DNA of 64,000 bases. Origin: an uncultured candidate division Zixibacteria bacterium (GTDB lineage: Bacteria > Zixibacteria > MSB-5A5 > RBG-16-43-9). This document shows, piece after piece, positions 52,322 through 61,186 of this stretch. Positions within the stretch are counted from its first letter, which is position 1, and every line of letters starts with the position of its first letter. A program made the translations under genes and the position numbers. The stretch spans positions 608,001 to 672,000 of the forward strand of contig OY970208.1 in NCBI GenBank assembly GCA_963713865.1, given 5' to 3'. The notes under the pieces are model-generated. The model made no database searches and was not told the origin of the DNA. It saw nothing but the letters and a program-made list of their open reading frames with translations.

Positions 52322-53839
52322 TTACTTAATAAGTAAAAGTTTTTTACAATCTTTAAACTCAACTGTCCCGAAGGGATCCGTACGGACACTTAACTGATAG
52401 AAATAAATCCCACTTGACACCTCCTTCCCTGAATTGTCCTTCCCGTCCCAAACAACCTGGTAAGTTCCTGACTGTTTTTCTTCATCTACCAGAGTTTTCA
52501 CTTTTTGCCCTAGTAAATTATAAATCATCAGGGTAGTGGGGATGGGTTTGCCAAACTCCAAACTCCCAACTCTAAACTGTATTATTGTGGATGAATTAAA
52601 GGGATTAGGGTAGTTTTGGCTCAATTCAAAGTTGTGAGGAAGAGTAGTTTGTTCTTCTTCAATCGCAGTATAAGGATTTTTATAAACATAAACCCTGCCT
52701 GGAGGATAGGATGGATTATTATACCACCAGCCAGGATCGCCTACTATGGCCTCATCTACTCCATCACCATTGATGTCAGCAACACTTACTTGACTACCAT
52801 AATCACCCACTTCAGAATCATAATAATGCCAATCTTGTATTGTATCCAAAGGGTTAGAACCTAAATAGGTCCAAGCTTCCCCGCCAGCTAACGTTGGAAC
52901 CCCCGAGAGTAGATCCTCATATTTATCTTTATTAAAATTGCCAATTGCCCAGGATTGACCTCTGATACAAAGAGGCGCGTCTATTAGAGAGTCTATTGTA
53001 TTGCCTCCAAAATATGTTCCTTCAACTGTTATTATATCCTTATATCCATCTCCGTTAACATCTCCTAAAATTACAAATCCACCTTTTAATTTTACTCTTG
53101 GTATGGTGTCTAACTGCAGTCCCCCGAAATAAATATAGGTAGAGTCATCAGGATAATGCTCGCTGGTGGAAACTGCCAAATCTCCATAACCATCCCCATT
53201 CATATCCCCTATGGCTAACCCGTCAAAACCAAAATAATTCGGAGGTCCCTGTAAAACATAAGCAGGTGAGGTTGACATATCTGCCCCACCCAAATATACG
53301 TACACCCAGGTAGGACTTCCATGGATAGCAACATCATCATAACCATCCTTGTTAATATCACCCGTAGCAATATTATCTTCAAAATAAGGGGTTGCCAGAA
53401 TTTTGTCTGGAACTGTATCAAAAGGAGTACCCCCATAATAAATCCAAACCGCTGAAAATGAAAATGGAGCTACAAGCAAATCTTCAATACTATCCCCATT
53501 CACATCACCAGCAGATATGTATCTAGATGAAAAAAGAAACATAACATCAGGAATAGTATCAAAATTCTTGGAGCCAAAATAGATAAAGGTTTTCCCTACT
53601 TGCCCTACTCCTAAATCTTCAAATCCATCCTTATTTATGTCCCCTATTCCAGCTAAAACATAACCAAAATAAAGAGTATCCCTTGCCCCTTGCATTACAG
53701 CTATCTGTTGCATACCAAACTGAGCTAAAGCGGAGTTACTAAAAAGTAAACTTAATAACAAAACGATTAGAAAACTTTTCTTCTCTGACATTTCAAATCC
53801 TTGACTTATAATCTCAGTTCCTATCAATAAATTAAGCAA
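52322..53839 (-). CDS. FG-GAP repeat protein with FlgD-Ig/T9SS-like C-terminal domain
   Basis: GDINKDG/GDVNGD repeats and QNYPNPFN. Confidence 0.88.
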   Translation of the reverse strand: MLNLLIGTEIISQGFEMSEKKSFLIVLLLSLLFSNSALAQFGMQQIAVMQGARDTLYFGYVLAGIGDINKDGFEDLGVGQVGKTFIYFGSKNFDTIPDVMFLFSSRYISAGDVNGDSIEDLLVAPFSFSAVWIYYGGTPFDTVPDKILATPYFEDNIATGDINKDGYDDVAIHGSPTWVYVYLGGADMSTSPAYVLQGPPNYFGFDGLAIGDMNGDGYGDLAVSTSEHYPDDSTYIYFGGLQLDTIPRVKLKGGFVILGDVNGDGYKDIITVEGTYFGGNTIDSLIDAPLCIRGQSWAIGNFNKDKYEDLLSGVPTLAGGEAWTYLGSNPLDTIQDWHYYDSEVGDYGSQVSVADINGDGVDEAIVGDPGWWYNNPSYPPGRVYVYKNPYTAIEEEQTTLPHNFELSQNYPNPFNSSTIIQFRVGSLEFGKPIPTTLMIYNLLGQKVKTLVDEEKQSGTYQVVWDGKDNSGKEVSSGIYFYQLSVRTDPFGTVEFKDCKKLLLIK

Positions 53840-55032
53840 AATATCTATTTAGTCAACAGTTATTTGATTAACAAAAGTTTTTTACAATCTTTAAAACTGC
53901 CTGCCTTTAACTGATAGAAATATATTCCACTCGACACCTCCTTTCCTGAATTGTCCTTCCCATCCCAGATGATACTGTAACTACCTGGGGATTTATCTTC
54001 ATCTACCAATGTCTTAACCAACTGCCCCTGAATATTATAAATCTTTAAGGTGATGTGGATGGGCCTCATAGCTCCAAGCTCCAAGCTACCAGCTTGGAAG
54101 GGTATGGTGGTGGAGAGGTTGAATGGATTGGGATAGTTTTGACCCAAAGCAAAAATAGAGGGTAATTGCTGTGCTTCATCTTCAACCGCTGTATATGGAT
54201 TCTTATAAATATAAACCCTGCCTGGTGGATAGGATGGGTTATTATACCACCAACCAGGGTCTCCTACAATTGCTTCATCCACTCCATCCCCATTAATATC
54301 TACCGCTCCTACCTGATCGCCGTATGCACCTACCTCATAATCACGATAGTGCCAATCCTCTATTGTATCTAAGGGATTACCACCTAAATAAATTACTGCA
54401 TCACCACCAACTATAGAGCCAGAGCCCCATAGATAATCCTCATATCCATCTTTATTAAAATTACCAATGACATTAGAGCGACCCCTTGTAAAAAGAGGTG
54501 AGTCCATTACTGAATCTATGGTAACTCCTCCAAAATAAGTTCCTTTATCTGTTATCAAATCCATATAACCATCTCCATTCATATCTCCTAATATAACATC
54601 CCCCCCCCTCAACTTCAATCCGGGAATTGTATCTAACTGCACTCCACCGAAATAAATATAGGTAGAGTCATCAGGATAATGCTCGCTGGTGGAAACTGCC
54701 AAATCTCCATAACCATCCCCATTCATATCCCCTATGGCTAACCCGTCAAAACCAAAATAATTCGGAGGTCCCTGTAAAACATAAGCAGGTGAGGTTGACA
54801 TATCTGCCCCACCCAAATATACGTACACCCAGGTAGGACTTCCATGGATAGCAACATCATCATAACCATCCTTGTTAATATCACCCGTAGCAATATTATC
54901 TTCAAAATAAGGGGTTGCCAGAATTTTGTCTGGAACTGTATCAAAAGGAGTACCCCCATAATAAATCCAAACCGCTGAAAATGAAAATGGAGCTACAAGC
55001 AAATCTTCAATACTATCCCCATTCACATCACC
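53124..55032. repeat. 386-bp identical direct repeat (53124-53509 = 54647-55032)
   Basis: Base-by-base identity at offset 1523, with diverged flanks. Confidence 0.85.
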
Positions 55033-55350
55033 GGAAGATATATATACAGATGAAAAAGGAAACACTATATCCGGGATGGTATCAAAGTTTTTTGAACCAA
55101 AATATAGAAAGGTCCTACCCACTTGCCCAATACCTAAATCTTCGAATCCATCTTTATTTATATCACCTATTCCAGCTAGAATATAACCAAAGTAAAGGTT
55201 GTCAGTCGCCCCCTGCATTGTAGCTATCAGTTGCATATCAAATTGGGCAAAAGCAGGGCTACAAAAAACTAAGCAAAAAAGCAAAAGAGTTAAAAATTCT
55301 TTTTTCTCTAACATTTCTACCATTTTCACTTTTTTAAAGATTGACCTCAT
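53860..55350 (-). CDS. FG-GAP repeat protein, tandem paralog
   Basis: Same architecture as 52322-53839. Confidence 0.88.
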   Translation of the reverse strand: MRSIFKKVKMVEMLEKKEFLTLLLFCLVFCSPAFAQFDMQLIATMQGATDNLYFGYILAGIGDINKDGFEDLGIGQVGRTFLYFGSKNFDTIPDIVFPFSSVYISSGDVNGDSIEDLLVAPFSFSAVWIYYGGTPFDTVPDKILATPYFEDNIATGDINKDGYDDVAIHGSPTWVYVYLGGADMSTSPAYVLQGPPNYFGFDGLAIGDMNGDGYGDLAVSTSEHYPDDSTYIYFGGVQLDTIPGLKLRGGDVILGDMNGDGYMDLITDKGTYFGGVTIDSVMDSPLFTRGRSNVIGNFNKDGYEDYLWGSGSIVGGDAVIYLGGNPLDTIEDWHYRDYEVGAYGDQVGAVDINGDGVDEAIVGDPGWWYNNPSYPPGRVYIYKNPYTAVEDEAQQLPSIFALGQNYPNPFNLSTTIPFQAGSLELGAMRPIHITLKIYNIQGQLVKTLVDEDKSPGSYSIIWDGKDNSGKEVSSGIYFYQLKAGSFKDCKKLLLIK

Positions 55351-55378
55351 TCTTACAATACATTATCCTCTTAAAAAA

Positions 55379-56038
55379 TCAAGAGATTTTTTCAATGAGG
55401 ACAAAAATTCTTTTTAAACTAATTTCCGGTATTTCAAAAAATTTTACATCCTTAATCTGCAATTTCAGGTTTTCAAATCCCTCCAGAAGCTCTATTATTT
55501 CAGTTTTATAGGAGCTCCCCTTATAAGCCACTAAAATCCCTCCTTGCTTTAGAAAAGGGTAAGAATTATTGATTGTGTCTTTCACTTTCCCGAAAGCTTT
55601 GGCAGTAACAAAATCAAAACTCTCTTTGAATCCCTGTAACTCCGGCAAATTTTCAATCCTTTCTTGAAAAACGGTTATATCTTTCAAGCCCAAAAACTCG
55701 ATCATCTTTTTCAGGAATAAAGTCTTTTTACGGATAGACTCAACCAGTGTAATATCTAAATCCTCTCTTAAGATTTTCATTGGAATTGCAGGAAATCCTG
55801 CGCCTGAGCCTAAATCCATGATTTTTGAGCTTTGCGGAATCTGGAGAGCTTTAAAGATTAAAAGTGAATCAAAAAAATGTCTGTAGATATCCTCTGGCTT
55901 ATCTTTTTTTCTGGAGATTAGGTTAATTTTTTTATTCCAGGAGGAAAGCTCATTCAGATACAGGTTAAATTTTTCTTGAGATTTTAAAGAAAGATTTATA
56001 TCAAGGTAGGTTTTTAAAAGCTTTTTAAATTCTTCCAT
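55379..56038 (-). CDS. rsmG: 16S rRNA m7G527 methyltransferase
   Basis: WNKKINL, HFFDSL, DLGSGAGFP and VESIRKK. Follows mnmG. Confidence 0.92.
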   Translation of the reverse strand: MEEFKKLLKTYLDINLSLKSQEKFNLYLNELSSWNKKINLISRKKDKPEDIYRHFFDSLLIFKALQIPQSSKIMDLGSGAGFPAIPMKILREDLDITLVESIRKKTLFLKKMIEFLGLKDITVFQERIENLPELQGFKESFDFVTAKAFGKVKDTINNSYPFLKQGGILVAYKGSSYKTEIIELLEGFENLKLQIKDVKFFEIPEISLKRIFVLIEKIS

Positions 56039-56054
56039 AGAAATATTATCAGTA

Positions 56055-56070
56055 TGTTTCACGTGAAACA
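56055..56070. promoter_or_regulatory. parS site
   Basis: Perfect TGTTTCACGTGAAACA. Confidence 0.92.
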
Positions 56071-56077
56071 TTCCCCT

Positions 56078-57970
56078 TTAAGCAGGTGTATCTTTAGAAA
56101 ATACACCGCTTTTGGAAATAAACTGTTTCAGATAGACCATAAGAACGGCAATATCTCCTGGAGATACTCCTGAGATCCTCGATGCCTGTCCGATAGATCT
56201 GGGTTTTATTCTCATTAATTTTTCTTTTGCCTCCCTTTTAAAACCTTTGAGATTGGTATAATCGAACTCATCCGGGATGACCATATTCTCTAACTTCTTG
56301 TATTTCTCTATCTCCTTTAGTTCCCTTTGAATATAACCGTCATATTTTATTTCTATCTCCACTTTTTCTTTTACGATTTCCGGGAGTTCCTGAGGAACCT
56401 GGTCAATCTTAGCTAAATCTTCATAAGTTATCTCTGGCATTTTCAGAGCATAGGCTAAAGAGACCCTTTTCCCGTTTTTCTCTTCTTCTAAGAACTTGCC
56501 AAATGAGTTTAAAGGTACAAAAACCTGCTTCAATCTTTCCTTTTCCTCTTCAATTATTTTCTTATTTTCTTTAAATTCCTTGTATGCCTCATCTGAAATC
56601 AGATTATATTTATGACCATAATTTATAAGTCTATCATCCGCATTATCTTCTCTTAAAATTAATCTGTGCTCCGCCCTGGAAGTGAACATTCTGTAAGGCT
56701 CAGAAGTTCCTTTGGTAACCAGATCATCAATCAAAACACCGATATACGCTTGACTCCGATCTAAGATAAATGGCTTCTCTTTTCTTAATTTAAGAACAGC
56801 ATTTATCCCTGCAATAATCCCCTGTGCACCTGCTTCTTCATACCCTGAGGTTCCATTTATCTGGCCGGCAAAGAAAAGGTTCTCAACTAATTTCGTCTCC
56901 AAATTTGGCTTGAGCTGAGTTGGAGAGAAGAAATCATACTCAATCGCATATCCGGGTCTGGTCATCTCCACCTTTTCCAAACCGTGGACTGTTCTTAAAG
57001 CTTTTAGCTGAACATCTTCAGGCAAAGATGTGGCAAATCCATTAACATAATACTCTGTAGTATTATCACCTTCCGGCTCTAAGAAAAGCTGATGCCTGAC
57101 CTTTTCTTTAAATTTCACCACTTTATCTTCAATTGAAGGGCAATATCTGGGACCTACCCCTTTTATTACACCGCTAAAAAGAGGTGAGCGGTCCAGGTTC
57201 TTTAAAATGAATTTATGCGTAAGTTCATTTGTATAAGTCAGATAACAGGGATAATCCTTATGCTCTAAGCTTTTTGTTCTCATGGAGAAAGGTTTGATAT
57301 TATTATCCCCTAACTGAGGAATAGTTTTGGAGAAATCAACTGTTTTACCGTCAATTCTCGGAGGGGTTCCGGTCTTAAGTCTGCCAATCTCAAAGCCAAT
57401 CTCCTTAAGTTTATCTGAAACTTTTAAAGAAGGGAATTCACCAGCCCTTCCGGCAGGGAAGTTTACTAACCCAATATGAATTAACCCATTAAGAAAAGTC
57501 CCTGCAGTTAATATGACCGCATCTCCAAAATAAATAGTCCCAACTGATGATAAAACACCCCTAACTTTATTATTCTCTATAATAATCTCCTCAATATTCC
57601 CCTGTTTTAAAACCAGATTCCTTTGATTTTCTAAGGAGTTCCTCATAGCCATCTTATAAGCCACCCTATCACACTGAGCCCTTGAGGACCAGACCGCTGG
57701 ACCTTTTTTCTTGTTCAGGGTCTTGAACTGGATATAGGTTTTGTCTGTTACATACCCCATTTCTCCGCCAAGGGCATCGATCTCCCGGACTAAATGCCCC
57801 TTTGCCTGCCCTCCAATAGCAGGATTACAGGACATCTGGGCAATAGTCTCTTTATTCATAGTCAAAAGCAAAGTCTTACACCCCATCCGGGCAGATGCTA
57901 AAGCGGCCTCACACCCCGCATGCCCTGCGCCGATGACTATAACTTCAAATCTTTCTTCGTATTCAATCAT
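56078..57970 (-). CDS. mnmG: tRNA uridine-5-carboxymethylaminomethyl synthesis enzyme
   Basis: GAGHAG, MSCNPAIGG, GPRYCPSIEDK and GQINGTSGYEEA. Confidence 0.97.
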   Translation of the reverse strand: MIEYEERFEVIVIGAGHAGCEAALASARMGCKTLLLTMNKETIAQMSCNPAIGGQAKGHLVREIDALGGEMGYVTDKTYIQFKTLNKKKGPAVWSSRAQCDRVAYKMAMRNSLENQRNLVLKQGNIEEIIIENNKVRGVLSSVGTIYFGDAVILTAGTFLNGLIHIGLVNFPAGRAGEFPSLKVSDKLKEIGFEIGRLKTGTPPRIDGKTVDFSKTIPQLGDNNIKPFSMRTKSLEHKDYPCYLTYTNELTHKFILKNLDRSPLFSGVIKGVGPRYCPSIEDKVVKFKEKVRHQLFLEPEGDNTTEYYVNGFATSLPEDVQLKALRTVHGLEKVEMTRPGYAIEYDFFSPTQLKPNLETKLVENLFFAGQINGTSGYEEAGAQGIIAGINAVLKLRKEKPFILDRSQAYIGVLIDDLVTKGTSEPYRMFTSRAEHRLILREDNADDRLINYGHKYNLISDEAYKEFKENKKIIEEEKERLKQVFVPLNSFGKFLEEEKNGKRVSLAYALKMPEITYEDLAKIDQVPQELPEIVKEKVEIEIKYDGYIQRELKEIEKYKKLENMVIPDEFDYTNLKGFKREAKEKLMRIKPRSIGQASRISGVSPGDIAVLMVYLKQFISKSGVFSKDTPA

Positions 57971-57982
57971 GGTTACATAAAA

Positions 57983-57998
57983 TGTTTCACGTGAAACT
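57983..57998. promoter_or_regulatory. parS site
   Basis: TGTTTCACGTGAAACT (15/16). Confidence 0.85.
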
Positions 57999-58093
57999 TA
58001 TTGTCAAGGGAATAATTACCTAACAAACAATTAAATAATCATACTTGTTGGGTAACTTTGAATGAACAAGTCTTATAACTCATCCAGGCAGAT

Positions 58094-58195
58094 GCAAAAC
58101 CGCTTAGCGCCAGCGATACCCTGCTGGCAAATGAGGCGGCAATTGACAATCAGGTTTATCCTCTTGCTGGCGTCCGGCTGATGCGCTGGTTGGGC
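58094..58195 (-). other. Degenerate terminal attC
   Basis: R'' GCCCAAC and CGCCAGC/GCTGGCG stem. R' side is eroded. Confidence 0.45.
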
Positions 58196-58381
58196 GCTTT
58201 GCAACTATCTATATGGTACTCTATTGATATGTTTATTTAGCGGACGCTAAATATTTCCCGGGTTCGTTATTTCCCATATCACTTCCACCCCCCCTTACTT
58301 TCAGAATATTCTCAAACTATATTTTTGTTTACTTTGGGCAGCTTCAATAACTCTTTACGATTTATTCTCATCTTACTTTTT

Positions 58382-58756
58382 TTACCTGTCCTTAGTTCCG
58401 GCTGCAGGAATCTTCCTCAGCTTCATGATAAGGGATAAAATACCCAGTCCTATTAGCAGAGCGATGATGCCATAAACCCACCAGGGGATGTTCCGCCCAA
58501 AGAAGATCACATAGATAAAGGGCGCTACGGTAGCGCATAGAAAGATTGCGGTCCAGAGTATGACTTTTTTCCAGAGCTTTTTGGTGAGGGATTGAATGGT
58601 GCGAAATAATGAATAGTAGAATACCGGCGCACAAACCAGGTAAATAATCAGGAATACAACCGGATTGACACCATAATCATCACGAGCCATCTGTAATAGT
58701 TCCTCTATCTTTGATATTACATAATCTAACATCCTCTGATATCTCCATTCATTCAA
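58382..58756 (-). CDS. Cassette membrane protein
   Basis: Three hydrophobic helices (YGVNPVVF…GRNIPWWVY). Confidence 0.7.
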   Translation of the reverse strand: MNEWRYQRMLDYVISKIEELLQMARDDYGVNPVVFLIIYLVCAPVFYYSLFRTIQSLTKKLWKKVILWTAIFLCATVAPFIYVIFFGRNIPWWVYGIIALLIGLGILSLIMKLRKIPAAGTKDR

Positions 58757-58773
58757 TAATACAAGTGTTTAGC

Positions 58774-58831
58774 ACCCAACTGACCCGCTTCACCTACCCG
58801 AAGGGTGGTCGGATGCAACCACTTGTTGGGC
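58774..58831 (-). other. attC (58 bp)
   Basis: GCCCAAC-aagtg-GTTGCATC … GTGAAGC-gggtca-GTTGGGT. Confidence 0.8.
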
Positions 58832-58875
58832 ATCGGCAAGACATCACATCTATCCTGATTCGTCTCAAAGTCTAA

Positions 58876-59052
58876 TCAGCCTAACTTCTCGACAATAAAA
58901 AGAAAGTCCACCCGATGCGCCCAGGGAAACCCGAGCGTAACGTTCGGGAATATTGAGATGACTTCACCCTCCAGGCCGTTCAGGAATTGCTCTAATTTGT
59001 TCTGGTCGCTTGTCATCCTGATATCGAACCGGTGCACCCTGTATTTCATCAT
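58876..59052 (-). CDS. 58-aa cassette protein (not in ORF track)
   Basis: MMKYRVHRFDIRMTSDQNKLEQFLNGLEGEVISIFPNV…FIVEKLG*, preceded by RBS AAGGAG. Confidence 0.65.
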   Translation of the reverse strand: MMKYRVHRFDIRMTSDQNKLEQFLNGLEGEVISIFPNVTLGFPWAHRVDFLFIVEKLG

Positions 59053-59100
59053 CCTGACTCCTTTTTAAATAATTTACTATCTGTTTATACTACTACCAAG

Positions 59101-59631
59101 TTATGTACCTAACGAGATGCGCTGTATTGTTTTCACTGTATCATTTTCATAATTCGCCACGTCGAGTATCGCAATGCGTCCTGCTATCGCAAACTCCTCC
59201 TTGTTCCAACTTTCAGCCATTTCGATGCACTTTAGCGGGTCTTTTGAGTTCCCTATTCCCATATGCGGAACAAAGTTGGCAAAGAGCGCACGATGTGGAA
59301 ATAGCTTATCAGCGTATAGTTTGTCGTGGAGCTTTACGATTTTGCTGTACCCTTCATCTGGCACCAGAAAAGTGTGATAATTATCGTTGAAGGAATCTTT
59401 ATTGAGAACAGCACAGCGCAGGCAGAACTCAAATGGTCGAACTCCTTGCACTTGCTTCACGATTTCCGAGATAAAAGGTTTGGCTTCCCAACCTTTACGT
59501 ATAGGAAATACAAGCGCAAAATGTGGCTCGACCACATGGTAATATAACTCGTCATTACGTTTTCGGAATTCCTGTATCCGCTCATAATCGCTTTTTTTAA
59601 TTTCTGGATACGCAAGCACTAATAGTGCCAT
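59101..59631 (-). CDS. 2H phosphoesterase (2'-5' RNA ligase family) cassette gene
   Basis: Paired PHFAL and PHMGI motifs. The stop overlaps ACATAAC. Confidence 0.7.
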   Translation of the reverse strand: MALLVLAYPEIKKSDYERIQEFRKRNDELYYHVVEPHFALVFPIRKGWEAKPFISEIVKQVQGVRPFEFCLRCAVLNKDSFNDNYHTFLVPDEGYSKIVKLHDKLYADKLFPHRALFANFVPHMGIGNSKDPLKCIEMAESWNKEEFAIAGRIAILDVANYENDTVKTIQRISLGT

Positions 59632-59940
59632 AGCTATTACTCCCCATTATGAAAGTTGATTTGAAAACTTTCTTGCATTTCGCTGCCTAACGCCATTGTT
59701 GGCCACTTTTCTTTTCACGGCTTTCTTGATAAATCGAGCCTCTTTTTCTCCCTCTTCATTCCGAATCTGGATCCTGTGGACCGGAAGGAGCCAGAGGTGC
59801 TCCTCCATCGTCTCAAACCAGTCTGGCATGTTTCGGTTCCTATATGGTCAACTATGCGGATGAACCGCTCCGGTGAGACCGTCCGCGCTTTATACGGGTC
59901 GGCCGAAACCGGTTGGTAGGTAAAAACCGTTAAATGGACA

Positions 59941-60279
59941 TCAATTTTCTGATTTGGAACGTCTCCCAAACCAATAACCCAATAAGGGACCAACTAAGCT
60001 CACCATTACTTCAGTATTGATGAAATTAAAAATGCGCAAGGAGACAATTCCGGCAAAAATTATTAAGGCAAATAAATATGCGGCCCATAAAGATTGAATA
60101 CGATACGAATGATTCCTGGGTACGTTACTGGAATGAGCCTCTATAAAGGTCTTAATAGAAGTTCGAATTTCCTTACTATTCAGAAGGTCAGCGATAGCTA
60201 ACCAAGCTTCATCAGAAGGAGGAATTTCTTCATTAGGTTCTTTTTCAATTGGTTCTTGTTTCTCATCATCTTTGTTCAT
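59941..60279 (-). CDS. Cassette membrane protein
   Basis: Acidic N-terminus, two C-terminal TM helices ending GYWFG, RBS GGAGG. Confidence 0.7.
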   Translation of the reverse strand: MNKDDEKQEPIEKEPNEEIPPSDEAWLAIADLLNSKEIRTSIKTFIEAHSSNVPRNHSYRIQSLWAAYLFALIIFAGIVSLRIFNFINTEVMVSLVGPLLGYWFGRRSKSEN

Positions 60280-60310
60280 ATCGAATCTCCTCCAAGTTTT
60301 TTTTATAGAG

Positions 60311-60539
60311 GCCTAACATGGGTTTATCTATACTAATTAAATTGCGATCGTTGGCTTTCTCAACCATATAAACCTCCTTTATTTGTATCTTCTATTTCCC
60401 TATACAAGACTCCGAAAAAATCTTGTCCAGGATATCTTCAGTACAACTTTCCCTAAATCTGCAAGAGCCGAGCCGTTTTACGTTGTTATGTGATGAAACC
60501 GGTAGTTTTTCTTTATTCATAAAACCTATAAGCTCTAAT
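60311..60539 (-). repeat. Gene-less array element, copy B
   Basis: Shares both arms with 61849-62015. Confidence 0.85.
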
Positions 60540-60624
60540 GCAGAGGTAAGCGGCGGGCGAGTTATAGTCTTCCAGAAAAATCAAACCATGTTCAACGCCC
60601 GTCCGCTTGACCGAATTGTTCGGC
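60533..60624 (-). other. attC (92 bp) with ATT instead of GTT at R'
   Basis: GCCGAAC-aattc-GGTCAAGC … GCTTACC-tctgc-ATTAGAG. Confidence 0.8.
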
Positions 60625-60633
60625 AATTTCCGT

Positions 60634-61077
60634 CTATCTCCATAGGTAGCCTGCCTCCTTTGCTTTGGCTACCAAGCTGGAATACGACTCAACCTCAATA
60701 AATGGCGCCCACTGACCATACTTCTTTTCTAATGAACCATCTTGGTGTTTAACGATGTGCCAATAAGGTAACCAAACTGATGAAGAACCCTTATCAATTG
60801 ACTCGACGATAACCAAGAATGGATAAAATTCGACCTTGCCACCATTTCCGTTCGACCAACTTACGATCTGATCAGGGAGAAAGGCTGTCAAAACCCTACA
60901 GTGATGCTGACCAGCACCCAAACCAAAATTGAAAGTAAGTTCAATGCTCATGGGCAACGCGCACGATTCGCATGCGTGCCCTTGGCCATTGGCATGATCA
61001 TGGAGAGCAACAAATAGATTTGCTATCCAGGTTTTCTTATGACACGCCCCACAGACATAATATCTCTGCGTTGCCAT
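60634..61077 (-). CDS. Cassette protein with N-terminal Zn ribbon
   Basis: CGAC…CESC. Confidence 0.7.
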   Translation of the reverse strand: MATQRYYVCGACHKKTWIANLFVALHDHANGQGHACESCALPMSIELTFNFGLGAGQHHCRVLTAFLPDQIVSWSNGNGGKVEFYPFLVIVESIDKGSSSVWLPYWHIVKHQDGSLEKKYGQWAPFIEVESYSSLVAKAKEAGYLWR

Positions 61078-61099
61078 CTTGGATTCCTACTTGTGTGTG

Positions 61100-61186
61100 G
61101 CCCAACGCGGTGTTAATCTGCGAGGTGAACTTTTAGCCCAATTTGAAGTCCTCCAGTACAGAGTTAGCTTGAACACGTTGTTAGCC
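61100..61186 (-). other. attC (87 bp)
   Basis: GGCTAAC-aacgt-GTTCAAGC … GATTAAC-accgc-GTTGGGC. Confidence 0.85.

Noticed and set aside
53124-55032. Possible diversity-generating retroelement TR/VR pair
   Set aside because: The copies are identical rather than differing at adenines, both are mid-gene, and no reverse transcriptase is in the window.
56039-56071. rsmG start at 56071 (MFHVKH…)
   Set aside because: MFHVKH is simply the translation of the parS palindrome. The start at 56038 is more plausible.
58879-58885. GTTAGGC inside the 58-aa ORF as an attC R' box
   Set aside because: There is no complementary L''/L' stem with the ACATAAC at 59100-59106, so it may be chance.
59647-59993. ORFs 59647-59829 and 59715-59993 as cassette genes
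   Set aside because: They overlap each other, a neighbouring gene or the recombination site, and have no recognisable motif.
60423-60701. Plus-strand 92-aa ORF as an integrase fragment
   Set aside because: It spans the attC and the gene-less element, with no tyrosine-recombinase motifs.
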